Shown here in pieces: positions 20,436-31,600 of a stretch of DNA of 64,000 bases (positions within the stretch are counted from its first letter, which is position 1; each line of letters starts with the position of its first letter). Position numbers and translations under genes: made by a program. The DNA is taken from contig CAXXGI010000003.1 in NCBI GenBank assembly GCA_963674695.2, positions 352,001-416,000 on the forward strand. Direction: 5' to 3'. The stretch comes from a bacterium (GTDB taxonomy: Bacteria; UBA10199; 2-02-FULL-44-16; JAAZCA01). The notes beneath the pieces are model-generated. The model was not told the DNA's origin. It saw nothing but the letters and a program-made list of their open reading frames with translations, and did no database searches.

Positions 20436-21514
20436 CGCGTGAACGGATACGGCTCGTCATCAGCGATTTTCACATGGGCGCCGGCGCAACGCTTCCCGAT
20501 GGGCGTCCGAACTATCTCGAAGATTTCCAGCACGATTCCAAACTCGTCGAGTTCCTCGAATATTACCACCAGAAGCAGTATGCCAAGGCCCAGATCGAGC
20601 TCATCATCAACGGCGATTTTTTCAATCAGCTCCAGGTTTATCCGGACGAGCCCCATCCGACGCTCATGTCCGAGCAGGTAGCCCTGCGGCGCACGAAGGC
20701 GATCATAGATGGTCATCCGGAAGTCTTCTCCGCGATGCAGGCCTTCGCGGCGGCGCCGAACCATTCGATCACCTTTCTGATCGGCAATCACGACATCGGG
20801 CTCTTATGGCCGGCCGTGCAGCAACTCCTCCCCGAGCGTCTGGGTGAGAGCGTGCGCGTGCATCCCGACCCCGTCTATCACGACGATGGAATCTGGATCG
20901 AACACGGCAATCAGCGCGTGGCGGAAAACCGCATCGATTTTGAACACCCCTTTTTGGAAAACGGCGACGGCGACCCCATTATTAACATGCCGTGGGGAAA
21001 TCTTTTCGTCGTGAGCTTTCTCAATAAGGTTAAACGCCAGCGTCCCTATATCGACAAGGTCTTTCCCTTTCGTATGTATCTGCGGTGGGCCTTCATCCAT
21101 GACACCTGGTTTGCGCTGAAGGCATGCGCGGTAGGGCTGACGTATTTTTTGGGGGTGCTCCTCGGCATCGGCGAGAACCGACGTTTTTCTCGTCAGGAAT
21201 TTTTCAAGATCGCCAAAGAATTCTCCTTTCCCGTCAAGATGGACCGTGCGGCCAAACGCCTCTTCGCCCTCCATCCGGAGCTCAGCGTTATCGTCTTCGG
21301 CCATGGGCACCGGGCGGTCTCCAAGCAGGTGCAGGAGGGCAAGGCCTATTTCAATACCGGCATCTGGAACGAGATGACCAGCCTCGATATCAGCACCATG
21401 GGACTCCAACTCTTTCTCACCTTCGTTGAGATTCACACCGACCGCAAAACAGGAGCGCCGAATGCGAAGTTGCGCATCTGGAAGGGGACCTACCGCGAAG
21501 TCGAGGATGCCTGA
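20432..21514 (+). CDS. Calcineurin-like metallophosphoesterase
   Basis: SDFHMG, NGDFF, GNHD, EHGN, FGHGH, NTG motifs. Confidence 0.88.
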   Translation: MTRERIRLVISDFHMGAGATLPDGRPNYLEDFQHDSKLVEFLEYYHQKQYAKAQIELIINGDFFNQLQVYPDEPHPTLMSEQVALRRTKAIIDGHPEVFSAMQAFAAAPNHSITFLIGNHDIGLLWPAVQQLLPERLGESVRVHPDPVYHDDGIWIEHGNQRVAENRIDFEHPFLENGDGDPIINMPWGNLFVVSFLNKVKRQRPYIDKVFPFRMYLRWAFIHDTWFALKACAVGLTYFLGVLLGIGENRRFSRQEFFKIAKEFSFPVKMDRAAKRLFALHPELSVIVFGHGHRAVSKQVQEGKAYFNTGIWNEMTSLDISTMGLQLFLTFVEIHTDRKTGAPNAKLRIWKGTYREVEDA

Positions 21515-22172
21515 AACCGTGTCACCCATCCACTATCAAGATCTTGGTGTTGTTCCTTATCGCGAGGCGCTGGCGTTGCAGGAAAAGCTGCGTGAAGAGC
21601 GCATCGCCGAGGCGATTGGCGATCGGCTCCTGCTGCTCGAACACCCGAAGGTCTTTACCGAGGGGCGCCGTGACAGCAGTGGGGATTTTCTCTCCTCCGA
21701 AGCGGTCATTCGCGCCGAGGGGATCGATATCGTGAAGGTCAACCGGGGCGGGCGCATCACCTACCATGGTCCGGGACAGCTCGTGGCCTACTTCATCATG
21801 GGGCTCGATTCCGTCGGTCTGGGCGTGAAGGAGTTCGTTCGCGCCATCGAGGAGATCTGCTTGGGCGTCTTGGCCGACTGTGGTGTGGAGGGTCAGCGCG
21901 ATGAAGCGCATCCTGGCATCTGGGTGGGGCGCGACAAGATCACGGCCATCGGTCTCAATATCGCGCATGGGGTGACGCAGCATGGTCTGGCGATGAACGT
22001 CGATCTGGATCTCGCACCCTATCAGCACATCCTCGCCTGCGGCATTCGCGATCGCGGCGTGACATCGATAGCGCGCGTTGCATCGGAGGTGGCGTCGATG
22101 GATCGGGCCAAAGGCCTGCTCATCGCGCACGTCGGCCGTATTCTTGGGCGGGAGATGGTGGAGGAAATCTAA
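21507..22172 (+). CDS. lipB: Lipoyl(octanoyl) transferase
   Basis: LLLEHPKVFT, RGGRITYHGPGQLVAY, HGLAMNV, ACGI. Confidence 0.95.
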   Translation: MPETVSPIHYQDLGVVPYREALALQEKLREERIAEAIGDRLLLLEHPKVFTEGRRDSSGDFLSSEAVIRAEGIDIVKVNRGGRITYHGPGQLVAYFIMGLDSVGLGVKEFVRAIEEICLGVLADCGVEGQRDEAHPGIWVGRDKITAIGLNIAHGVTQHGLAMNVDLDLAPYQHILACGIRDRGVTSIARVASEVASMDRAKGLLIAHVGRILGREMVEEI

Positions 22173-22194
22173 GGCGTGTCCTCATTTCAGGGGG

Positions 22195-22292
22195 TGTCAT
22201 TCCCGCGAAAGCGGGAATCTCGCTTATAATGGCAGATCGAGATCCCCGGTGGAGCCTGCCCTCGAGTGATTGAATCGGGGGCGGGAATGACA
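22195..22292. repeat. REP doublet (GTCATTCCCGCGAAAGCGGGAATC family)
   Basis: Inverted pair tgtcattcccgc...gcgggaatgaca between convergent genes. Confidence 0.8.
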
Positions 22293-22304
22293 ACTGACAG
22301 CGCG

Positions 22305-22523
22305 TTACGAAGAGAAGGTCAGCTCATCGATATGTGGTGTGGGCTCTTCTACGGGCGGTTCCTCATAGACCTCGACGTAGACGATCTTGCTCGCTTCATC
22401 CGGAAGATCCTTGAGATAGCTCTCGCGTTCCTTGCTGCTGAGGGCTCCCTCCGTCCGGGCGCGTTCGATGATGCGTTGGTCAAACTTCATTGCTTCGGGG
22501 AAGCTCAAGTCTTTCTTCGTCAT
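22305..22523 (-). CDS. Small hypothetical protein
   Basis: RBS AGGAG; FDQRIIER..G.LS..E..SYLKDLPDEA pattern, as seen in small deltaproteobacterial proteins. Confidence 0.7.
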   Translation of the reverse strand: MTKKDLSFPEAMKFDQRIIERARTEGALSSKERESYLKDLPDEASKIVYVEVYEEPPVEEPTPHIDELTFSS

Positions 22524-22550
22524 ACGGTGTTTCGCTCCTTCCTGCTGGTG

Positions 22551-23444
22551 CTATTTTTTGGCGGGGGCCTTTTCAATGTGCATGATAATTTTGCCGTCTT
22601 TGAAGATGCGTACATCGCCCGAGGATTCCGAGATAACAAAGGCGATGGCGCGGGTCAAGCTGGTGATCCCGGCGGCGGCGATGTGTCGGCTGCCCAACCC
22701 GCGGGGGAGGGTCGACTCGTCGAAGGCCGCGCCAAGATAACGACCGGCGGTGAGTACGGTGCCGTCCTCTGAAATGATGAAGGCGCCGTCCATCGCGGAG
22801 AACTCGCGCATCGTCTCCTTCAGGGCGTGTGAGAGGATGTTGCGCTCCTCTTCGTCGTATCCCTTGAAGGGGTTCATGATCATCTGCTTGGACAGCTGCA
22901 ATACTTTTTCGTGATCGCCCACCACGAAGATGGTGCCGATCGGTTTTCCCTCACGCCCTTTGTCGGCCAGCTCGATGGCGAGGTTTAAGACTTCTTGGAA
23001 GAGCTCCGGCTGCACCGTTTCAGAGAGCTTGGTGATGCCGCGGCCGGCGATAATTTCAGATTCGCGCCCGGTGTCGACGGTCTGGATGAGATCGATGGGC
23101 GAGGAATCAGCACCCCCGACGGCGAAGACAATCTTGGATCCCGGTTCGATGATCTCCTGCGAGAGCGCCAGGGTTGTGGCCACCTTGATGAGCGTGACGC
23201 GCGTGAGCGCGATGCGGGGCAACGTGATGACGGCTTTTGCAATGGCTCCGAGCGATTTCCTTTCGCCCTTGTCGACATCGAACCGACGTTTGCGTGTGAG
23301 CAGGACCAGCTTGAACTTCTTGGCGACGCGCTCTTCAAAGATGAGATCGTCGAGCGGGTCGGCATGGACGAGCACCGCCTTGGCGCCAACCTTGTTGGCG
23401 ATGCCGAAGGCCGCTTTCAACATGTGGGCGTTTTCTGCGTGCAT
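22551..23444 (-). CDS. Diadenylate cyclase (DisA_N/DAC domain, DacZ/CdaZ-like)
   Basis: GREGKPIGTIFVVGD, AMDGAFII, GLGSRHIAAAGIT, ISES. Confidence 0.88.
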   Translation of the reverse strand: MHAENAHMLKAAFGIANKVGAKAVLVHADPLDDLIFEERVAKKFKLVLLTRKRRFDVDKGERKSLGAIAKAVITLPRIALTRVTLIKVATTLALSQEIIEPGSKIVFAVGGADSSPIDLIQTVDTGRESEIIAGRGITKLSETVQPELFQEVLNLAIELADKGREGKPIGTIFVVGDHEKVLQLSKQMIMNPFKGYDEEERNILSHALKETMREFSAMDGAFIISEDGTVLTAGRYLGAAFDESTLPRGLGSRHIAAAGITSLTRAIAFVISESSGDVRIFKDGKIIMHIEKAPAKK

Positions 23445-23598
23445 ACGGCTTGCAACATAACGGATTGAACGCACGACATCAAGGGGAAAGCAGCGAAATG
23501 CAGGCATTAGCGGAGGGTCGATCGGAATATTTTGCAGAATCCGTGCCGGTTCGCCTCGTCGATTGACCTGCCATGGGGCATCATGTACTTTCGGCATT

Positions 23599-25233
23599 AT
23601 GAAACGGTTCAGTTCCTTGATCGCATGCCTGCTTCTCTTCATTGGATCGGTTTCCGCGTTTGCCGCGTTGACGCCATCATCCCCGTTTCGGGTCGAGTGG
23701 AATGGGGGCGAGCAGGAGATTCAAGCGGGGAAGCCTTTTACGCTCTCCCTCACCATTCGCGTTCCGGAGGGACACCATCTCTACGCGGATGAAACGGATG
23801 TCGATTTCGCCAGCCTTGAGGGCCTGCGCATCGACGACATTCGGTATCCGAAGGCCATCTCCTATCAGGATCCATTCCTCGGCCACACGGTCTCGATCTT
23901 TCGGGGGGATGTCTCGATTCACATCGAGGGGGCGGTGCCGGCGGGGCTCGATCCGGGCGAGCATGAGTTGATCGCGCAGCTGCGCTTCCGCGGCTGTTCG
24001 GAGACGCTCTGCTATCGCCCCGAGGAGCACGATGTTCCGTTTCTGCTCGAGGTGATGCCGCCAGCCGGGGCGCTCGAGGGCAATCCCAGGCCGCGGGCCC
24101 AGGCACCGATGGCGGATGGATCGGAGGAGATGGGCCTGCGTGGTCTTCTCCACCTGCGCGATTTTCGCGCCTTGCTCGATCGCGGGGTGATCTGGACGGT
24201 GCTCATCGTCTTCCTCGCCGGGTTTTTGACGTCGCTGACCCCCTGCGTCTGGCCGATCCTGCCGGCCGTGCTTCTCTTCGTGGGGGTGCATCCCCATAAA
24301 CGGTTCTGGGAGAACGCGCTGCTCGCGCTTTCGCTCACCTCGGGGCTCATCCTGGTCTATACGCTCCTGGGGATGGCGGCGGTCATCTTCGGCAAGAATC
24401 TGGGGTTTCTCTTTCAAAACCGCGTCTTCCTCGCCCTGGTGGTCGTCTTCTTCATCTGCATGAGTCTGGCCATGTTCGGGGCCTTCGATCTGCGTATGCC
24501 GCGCCGGTGGCAGGAGCGGATGCATCGCCTCGGCGGCGAGGGATATCGCGGCGCCTTCCTGGCGGGACTCGGGATTGGGCTGGTCGCCTCGCCCTGTGCC
24601 GGGCCGGTGCTGGCGGCCCTGTTGGGATATGTCGCCATCGGGCGCAGCTACAGCATGGGCGTGGCGTTGCTCATCGTCTATGGCATGGGGATGGGCGTGA
24701 CCTTCGTCATTCTCGGTGCGGGATATGGGGAGCTGGCGGGCAAACTCAAGGGTGGTCCCTGGATGGTCTGGATTCGCCGAGGCTTGGGCGTGCTCTTACT
24801 CTTTCCCGCGGCGTTCTACCTGGGCAGCTTCTTCGGCTGGGGGGGCGGCGATCTGCCGACGCGCGCGGGTGGCTCCCACATCGAATGGTTCCTCCAGGAG
24901 GAGGACGCGCTCGAGCAGGCGCGCAAGAGCGGCAAGCCGATCATGATCGACTTTCGCGCCGATTGGTGCCCGCCCTGTCGGGCGCTGGAACGCGATTTCT
25001 TCCGTCGTCCTGAGATCGTCGAACTGTCGAAGCAGCTCGTGCCGCTCAAGATCGATGGCACCGTTGAGACCGATGAGGTGAGCGAGATCCTCGATCGCTA
25101 TAGGGTCATGGGGTGGCCGACCTTCATCTTTCTCGATCCCAAGGGCCGGCCGATGGAAGGGCTGTGCACGACCGACTACGATCCGGCCACGCTCACCGAG
25201 TGCATGCGCGGGGCGATCGAACGAACGAAATAG
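23599..25233 (+). CDS. dsbD: Thiol:disulfide interchange protein DsbD
   Basis: N-terminal GCSETLCY, SLTPCVWP, ASPCAGP, C-terminal thioredoxin ADWCPPC. Confidence 0.92.
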   Translation: MKRFSSLIACLLLFIGSVSAFAALTPSSPFRVEWNGGEQEIQAGKPFTLSLTIRVPEGHHLYADETDVDFASLEGLRIDDIRYPKAISYQDPFLGHTVSIFRGDVSIHIEGAVPAGLDPGEHELIAQLRFRGCSETLCYRPEEHDVPFLLEVMPPAGALEGNPRPRAQAPMADGSEEMGLRGLLHLRDFRALLDRGVIWTVLIVFLAGFLTSLTPCVWPILPAVLLFVGVHPHKRFWENALLALSLTSGLILVYTLLGMAAVIFGKNLGFLFQNRVFLALVVVFFICMSLAMFGAFDLRMPRRWQERMHRLGGEGYRGAFLAGLGIGLVASPCAGPVLAALLGYVAIGRSYSMGVALLIVYGMGMGVTFVILGAGYGELAGKLKGGPWMVWIRRGLGVLLLFPAAFYLGSFFGWGGGDLPTRAGGSHIEWFLQEEDALEQARKSGKPIMIDFRADWCPPCRALERDFFRRPEIVELSKQLVPLKIDGTVETDEVSEILDRYRVMGWPTFIFLDPKGRPMEGLCTTDYDPATLTECMRGAIERTK

Positions 25234-25365
25234 CGACGAAGGGCGACGGATGAAGGACGAAACAGCGTTTTCGTCTGAGATCGCACAGGGATCACCGATT
25301 TTAGTTTGTGTCATTCCCGCGAGGGGTAAGCGGGAATCTCGATTGATGTGATGTTACGGGGGAAC

Positions 25366-27288
25366 ATGCGGAAAAATCTCAGCACCTATGAGCGTCATAT
25401 CCTTCGGGCCTTCGCCGAAGTGCTCATTCCGCTCGACGCTGCGGCGCCCGAGATGGATCCGCTCATCGTTCGCGTCGAGGATCAGCTGCGGTATTTTGCG
25501 CCGGAGACACGGATCGCCTGGCGCATCTGCCTCATCGCGTTCGACCTGCTCGCCTTTACCTACTACGGAAAATGCAAGCGACTGACGAAGATGGATCGGG
25601 AATTGCGCACCCGCTATGTAGCGGCGTGGCACCACACCTGGTGGTCGGTCAAGAGGCTGCTCAAGCGCTTCCTCGAGACGATCATCTTCATGAACTACTA
25701 TGCGCTGCCCGAGGTGGAAAAACGCATCGGCTATACGCCGACGTTTCAGCCCGCAGGCAGCACGCGGGATTTTCCCTCCCGCAATCTCGTGCGCGAGAGC
25801 CCGGATAAGGATGTCGTCGATGAGGTCGACGTCTGTGTCATCGGCTCCGGCGCGGGCGGGAGTTTTGCCGCAATGGCTCTGGCCCAGCAGGGGCACTCCG
25901 TCGCCATCGTGGAGGAGGGTGACTTCTTCGACGATACTGCATTCGGCGAGGACGTCATATCGATGACGAAGAAGCTCTATCGCGATGGGGGGTTGGTCAA
26001 TTCCTACGGATGGCCGGCCATTCTCCTCCCCGTGGGCAAATGCGTCGGGGGCACGACCGTCATCAATTCCGGCACCTGCTTTCGCACGCCGCCGACGGTC
26101 TTCGCTTGGTGGGTCAATCGTTTTGGGCTCTCTCCCTGGCAGGCCGACCGGATGGCCCCCTATTTCGATCGCGTGGAGGAGCTGTTGCAGGTCGCGCCGG
26201 CAGAATCGCGAGCCGAAGCGCCCTCCGGACGCATCTTCGCGGGCGGAGCGGACAAGCTCGGCATCGAGGTCAAGCCCCTCATGCGCAACGCCCCGGGCTG
26301 TTGTGGCAGCGGGGTCTGTTGTTGGGGCTGCCCGACGGGCGCGAAGAAATCGGTCCAGACAAACGCCATTCCGCTCGCACTGCAGGCCGGCGCTCGGCTC
26401 TATGCTCAATGTCGCGTGCGGCGCATCCTCTTTACGCGACGGCATGCGACCGAGGTGGTCGGCTACTTCGCCGACCCGGTCACCGGAAAGCGCGGGGCGC
26501 GCATTCGGATCAAAGCGCGCACGGTGATCGTCGCCGCGGGCACGCTCTTCACGCCGGGGTTGTTGGCCCGTTCGCGCATCCCCGATCCGAGCGGCCAGCG
26601 TGGGCGCAACCTCACGCTGCATCCGGCCACGAAATGCTTTGCCCTGATGGAGGATGAGGTCCGTGGCTGGAAGGGGATTCCGCAGGGACACTATGCCGAC
26701 GCGTTGGCCGAAGAGGGGATCAAGCTCGAAGGGATCTTCCTCCCGCCGGCGTTTGCCGCCTCGACCATACTCGCCACGGGTACCGAGCATCGCGAGATCA
26801 TGGACGCCTATAATCACCTCGCGATCTTCGGCATGATGGTCTCCGACACGAGCCGTGGGCGCGTGGTCTCCGGCCTCGGCGGGCGGCCGCTCATCTTCTA
26901 CAACATCAACGGGGAGGACCTGCCGAAATATCAGCGGGGCCTGACCATCCTGGCCGAGGCCTTCTTCGAGGCCGGGGCAAAGAAGGTCTTTCCGAGCATC
27001 CACACGCTCCCGGTCGTGACGCGCGAGCAGGGGGCCGGCGCCATCGCCAAGCTCCATCTGCGCAACAAGGACCTCGATCTCCAGGCCTTCCATCCCCTGG
27101 GGACCTGCCGAATGGGGGCCGATCCGAGGGAAGCGGTGCTCGATCCGTACGCACGCGTCTATGGCATGGACAACCTCTTCGTCGCCGACGGCTCGATCTT
27201 CCCGACTTCCTTGGGCGTCAATCCGCAGGTCACCATCATGGCCGCGGCCCTTCGGATCGCTGATCATATCCATCGAGAATATCTGTAG
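25366..27288 (+). CDS. GMC-family FAD oxidoreductase with N-terminal gluconate-DH subunit-3-like domain
   Basis: IGSGAGG, GGTTVINSG, CCGSGVCCWGCP, HPLGTCRMG, VADGSIFPTSLGVNPQ. Confidence 0.9.
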   Translation: MRKNLSTYERHILRAFAEVLIPLDAAAPEMDPLIVRVEDQLRYFAPETRIAWRICLIAFDLLAFTYYGKCKRLTKMDRELRTRYVAAWHHTWWSVKRLLKRFLETIIFMNYYALPEVEKRIGYTPTFQPAGSTRDFPSRNLVRESPDKDVVDEVDVCVIGSGAGGSFAAMALAQQGHSVAIVEEGDFFDDTAFGEDVISMTKKLYRDGGLVNSYGWPAILLPVGKCVGGTTVINSGTCFRTPPTVFAWWVNRFGLSPWQADRMAPYFDRVEELLQVAPAESRAEAPSGRIFAGGADKLGIEVKPLMRNAPGCCGSGVCCWGCPTGAKKSVQTNAIPLALQAGARLYAQCRVRRILFTRRHATEVVGYFADPVTGKRGARIRIKARTVIVAAGTLFTPGLLARSRIPDPSGQRGRNLTLHPATKCFALMEDEVRGWKGIPQGHYADALAEEGIKLEGIFLPPAFAASTILATGTEHREIMDAYNHLAIFGMMVSDTSRGRVVSGLGGRPLIFYNINGEDLPKYQRGLTILAEAFFEAGAKKVFPSIHTLPVVTREQGAGAIAKLHLRNKDLDLQAFHPLGTCRMGADPREAVLDPYARVYGMDNLFVADGSIFPTSLGVNPQVTIMAAALRIADHIHREYL

Positions 27289-27361
27289 TTACGAGCTTAC
27301 CTGAGAGAAATCGATTTAAGTTAAGCATGATGACAACATGCGGTCCTGCGGCCCATCGGTT

Positions 27362-27443
27362 CCCTCCCCTTTGTAAGGGGAGGGTTAGGGTGGGGTAGAG
27401 GCCGTGATCTACCTCCCCCGCCCCCTCCTTACAAAGGAGGGGA
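27362..27443. repeat. REP-like palindromic doublet (CCCTCCCCTTTGTAAGGGGAGGG type)
   Basis: Two inverted hairpins: ccctcccctttgtaaggggaggg and cccctccttacaaaggagggg. Confidence 0.75.
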
Positions 27444-27496
27444 GCTTTCTGCCTGCACAATTGACACCGCGGTGTGGGCATGCCTAAACCCTCCGC

Positions 27497-28036
27497 ATGG
27501 AAACGCTTATCCGTCAGGTCATCGAGAAGTTGGGTGAGGATCCGAACCGCGAGGGACTCCTGCGCACGCCCGAGCGCGTCCGCGAGTCCTGGGGGTTCTT
27601 GACCGAGGGCTATGCCCAGGATCCCAAGGCGCTCATCGAAAACTCCGTCTATTCCGATAGCTGTGAGGAGATGGTGCTCGTCCGCGATATCCCGCTCTAT
27701 AGCCTCTGCGAGCATCACCTGTTGCCCTTTTTCGGCTCCGCGCATGTGGGCTATATTCCGAACGGAAAGATCGTCGGGATCTCCAAGATCGCCCGGATGG
27801 TCGACCTCTTCGCGCGCCGGTTTCAGGTGCAGGAGCGGTTGACCCAGCAGATTGCCGAGACGCTCATGGAGGTCCTCAAACCCAAGGGGGTGGGGGTGGT
27901 GCTGCAGGCCCGTCATCTCTGCATGGAGATGCGCGGCGCGCAGAAGCGTGGCACCTCGATCATCACCTCCTCCATGCTCGGCGCCTTCCGCAAACGCCCG
28001 GAGACGCGCGCGGAGTTCATGCAGCTGATCGCGTGA
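27497..28036 (+). CDS. folE: GTP cyclohydrolase I
   Basis: [43 protein letters not shown]. Confidence 0.97.
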   Translation: METLIRQVIEKLGEDPNREGLLRTPERVRESWGFLTEGYAQDPKALIENSVYSDSCEEMVLVRDIPLYSLCEHHLLPFFGSAHVGYIPNGKIVGISKIARMVDLFARRFQVQERLTQQIAETLMEVLKPKGVGVVLQARHLCMEMRGAQKRGTSIITSSMLGAFRKRPETRAEFMQLIA

Positions 28037-28048
28037 TGCACCCGCCTT

Positions 28049-28139
28049 GTCATCCCCGAATGGGGTCATCGGGGATCCAGTCTGGAAAATACGAAAATTG
28101 CTTTGTCTGGATTCCCGCTAGAATCACGCGGGAATGACA
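28049..28139. repeat. REP doublet (GTCAT(T/C)CCCG family)
   Basis: gtcatccccg..cggggatccag ... ctggattcccgc..gcgggaatgac. Confidence 0.75.
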
Positions 28140-28150
28140 TGCGGCATGTG

Positions 28151-28567
28151 TCAGTTCTGCAGCTGCATGACCAGCGTATGGACGTTCTGCTCGATCAGGT
28201 CGCAGATCTCCTGAAAGACCGCCAGGATATCCTCTTCGCTCCCCTGGGCATGCGCGGGGTCGGGCAGATGCCAGTGCAGCGTGAGCGTTGACGCGGGAAA
28301 GGCGGGGCATATTTCGCTGGCTTCATCGCAGAGGGTGACCACGACGTCCGGGATGATCTCGCCCAACTCGCCGATCGTCTTGGAGTGGTGCTGCGTGATG
28401 TCGATGCCATGGGCGGCCATGACCTCGATGGCGGTCTCGTTCAGGCCGTGCGCTTCGACGCCGGCGCTCATCACGCGCCACTCGGGCGGCAACGTCGCGC
28501 GCGCAAACCCCTCGGCCATCTGGGATCGACAGGCATTTCCGGTGCAGAGAAAGAGGATGGTTTTCAT
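28151..28567 (-). CDS. arsC: Arsenate reductase ArsC / LMW-PTP family
   Basis: ILFLCTGNACRSQMAEG, VTLCDEASEICP, HWHLPDP. Confidence 0.9.
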   Translation of the reverse strand: MKTILFLCTGNACRSQMAEGFARATLPPEWRVMSAGVEAHGLNETAIEVMAAHGIDITQHHSKTIGELGEIIPDVVVTLCDEASEICPAFPASTLTLHWHLPDPAHAQGSEEDILAVFQEICDLIEQNVHTLVMQLQN

Positions 28568-28602
28568 AGGAGCCCGTTCGGTGATGTGACCGGCGGCAGG
28601 AA

Positions 28603-31600
28603 TCATTGCATCCGGCTGCTGATCAGATGACTTCCGCCGCGCAGTATAGCATCGTCTGCGGGAACTTCAACCGAATCTTCCTGCGGGATCGGGGCTTTTT
28701 GAGCCGGATCGTGGTAGTAGATGCCCAGGTCCAGGACCGGGACCTGGATGAATCCGTCCCGGCGCTCGTCATGTTGAAGCGGGGCGTAGAAATCGACGTT
28801 GAAGCTGCGATCGGAAAGACGCGTGATGACGATGCCGTCCAGGCGCAGCCCCGCTGCCGCCTCCAGGTCGCCGCCGCTGGGACCGGAGAAATAGGTGTTG
28901 TCGATCTTTTCCTCGGTGATGAGCTTCTCCTTCGGGACGCCGTGCATCATCTGGTCGATGCGGATTTGCTTCGCGATGTCGCTCATCTCCTTGCCCTTGG
29001 CCAAGGAGTGAAAGTGGAACCCGGCAAGGCCGTTGCGATAGTGCTTCGTCTCGTTGAGGATGTAGGCCCCGTCGCCCTTGCTCTCCTTCGGCGCGATCTC
29101 TTCAAATTGCATGCGCAGGACCCCGCCGTGTTCGGAGCGGGGGTCGCGCACGTCGGCCTCCAGCATGCGCCCGATCTGATGCCTCACCTGCGGACGGCGC
29201 ATCATCGTGAGCGCCATGAAGATCTTCGCCAGATCGACCGATGAGAACTTTTCCAGGGCCGCCATCTGATTCGTCTCGTAGTGGTTCTTTCCGAGCAATC
29301 GTCCCTGCGGGGTTTGAGCGGTGATGAGCGAGCGCACCTTCTCCTCGAGTTCGTCCCGGCCGCCTTCGATCAATCGCCCGAGTTCCGGGTAGAGTTTGTG
29401 GGAGGCCAGTTTCCACTCGTGCCGGAGAAACCAGTGGTCGGAGAGTTCGTAGGTATAGCGCAGATCCTTGTCGTCGATCCATGGATTTCCCCGGTCGCGA
29501 CGTTGTCCCCATACGACGACCTCCATGTCATCCGTCTCCACATCGGTGTTTCCCTTCCCCCAGATGAAATCCTCGTAGTGGTCCAGGAAAAGAAAAGGGT
29601 GCACGTGGGGCAGGCGCGAATCGGCTTTATAACGCTGAAACGTTCGGACGAGCGATTCCACCTCGCGCGGTTTGTCCGCGAGACGGCGGATCTGCGCGAA
29701 TCGCTCGGCGTTCGGCTCCGAGATCGTCTTTCCGAGGAGGTTGTTGATGATGATGCCACTCCCGCGATAGCGTTTCAGAAAGGCGCGCTCTCGCTCGAAG
29801 GGCATCACGGTGCGAAGCGCGGTGAAAAGCGAGGAGTAGGACCATGGCCTCATGTATTCGGGGACGATCCCCTCCTCAAACGTCATGTCGTGGAAGGCCA
29901 GGCGCTCTTCGGCGGGGAGCTTCGTCCAAAGGGGGAGCAGGGTGTCGGCGATGCGGCCCGTCGTGCGTCCGCCGGACTGCCCGATATCGATGGGGAGCAG
30001 ATCCCCGATGCGTTCCTGGATCTCCTTTGTGCCGAGAGCCACATTGTTCCAGAGGAAAAAACCCGCCATCTTCCAGAACTGTTTGCGTTCGTCGCCATCC
30101 GCGAGCTGCCGATAGAGCGGGGCGAAGCGTTCGTAATCGATGAGGATGGGTGTGGCGCCGAGCACCGCGCGTCCCTCGCGACAGATGGTTTCGAAGGCCG
30201 CCTTTTTCTCCGGCGTGGCGAATAGGGACAGGATCGAGGTGAACTCGTCGATGTTGATTTCGCGCCAGTCGATGCCGTTTGCGCTCAGTTCACGGCGAAT
30301 GTCGTCCAGGCGTTCCTTCGAAATGGTGCGGAGCATCTTCTCATAGGCGGCCAGCCGCAGGGCGAGCGGGTGGGTCCGTTCGTCGTCAAGCTCGGCCAGT
30401 TTTTGTAGCATCCAGACCGGATCGTGCCGGAGTTCGGGATAGGCATGGAGCAGCTTGCCGAAGGTGGAGCCGGCGAGGACCCGGCGTCGCCGATCCGGCG
30501 GGATGGCGAGAAACCGGTGTTTTGAGTTCAGAGGGGAGGACAAGTGGTTGTTCCAATTCAATCCGCTCGTCTCTTCAAACCGGGCGATGTCTCCTCGCGT
30601 ATGGCCTTCGTCCCAGGTGGCGAGGAGCCCGTCATCGACGAGCAGGCGGGCGAGGTGCCCGATGTCGTTGGGACCGCAGAGCGCGAGCTGTTTGACCTGT
30701 CGCTCCGGCGGGATGGATGCGTCGGCGGCATCGTCCATTCCTTCCTCCGTGAGGAGAAGAAGGACCGAGGCGATCGTCTTGGCGATGGCCCCCATATGCT
30801 CCAGGTCGAGCGCGTCTGTCGGTTTGCCCTCCTTCAGCCGTTCCTGAATGCGATCCTTCATCGCCTTGATCAGGCGGATGTTATATTTGGTGGGCACATG
30901 GCGTTCAAAGTCGGCGACCGTCTTCTCCAGGAGGAAGAAGGCCTTCGGGCTCGCCTCGTAGAGCTGCATCATGAATCGACGCGTGTCGCGGTCGGTGTAG
31001 AGCAGCGGTGGGATTCCCCGGGCCCTGGAGGGCTCGCTCATTCTGATCGTATGTTTGACGTGGAGCGCCGGTTCGGGGAAGGCGATCCCCACTCGCTCGC
31101 GGCTCTCCGTCTTCGGATTGTGCCACTGTTCATGGACGCTGTAATTGCACTGCGAGGATTTTGGGATGAGATAGTCCGGGTCGGAATCGAAGCGTCGAAC
31201 CCACACGGCGAACGCCTCGAGCGGTTCGCCGTCTTTCTCCATCTTGCGCAGGAGGGCGACCGTCTCCAGGACGCTCGGCTTTTCGCTCAGACCAAAGAGC
31301 GGGATGATGCGCTCGGCCGATCGGAGGAAGTCGTTCATCTCATCCTGCAGGGGGATGAGCTTCGAGAGGGTGAGCGCCTCTCCGACGACATCCTCATACA
31401 CATTCATCTGACGTTCATGGACTTCATGCTCCTCAAAACATAAGTTCTCAGCGACGCGCACGGAGAAGGATTTGCCCCAGCCACGCCCCTCCATCCATTG
31501 CAGGAGGCGATCGAAGGCGATGCGGCGCTTGTCCGGGCCGCGGGCGAGTTCGAGGATGTTCTCTATGCGGTAGTGCGGAAGACCCCATTTTTTATCGAGG

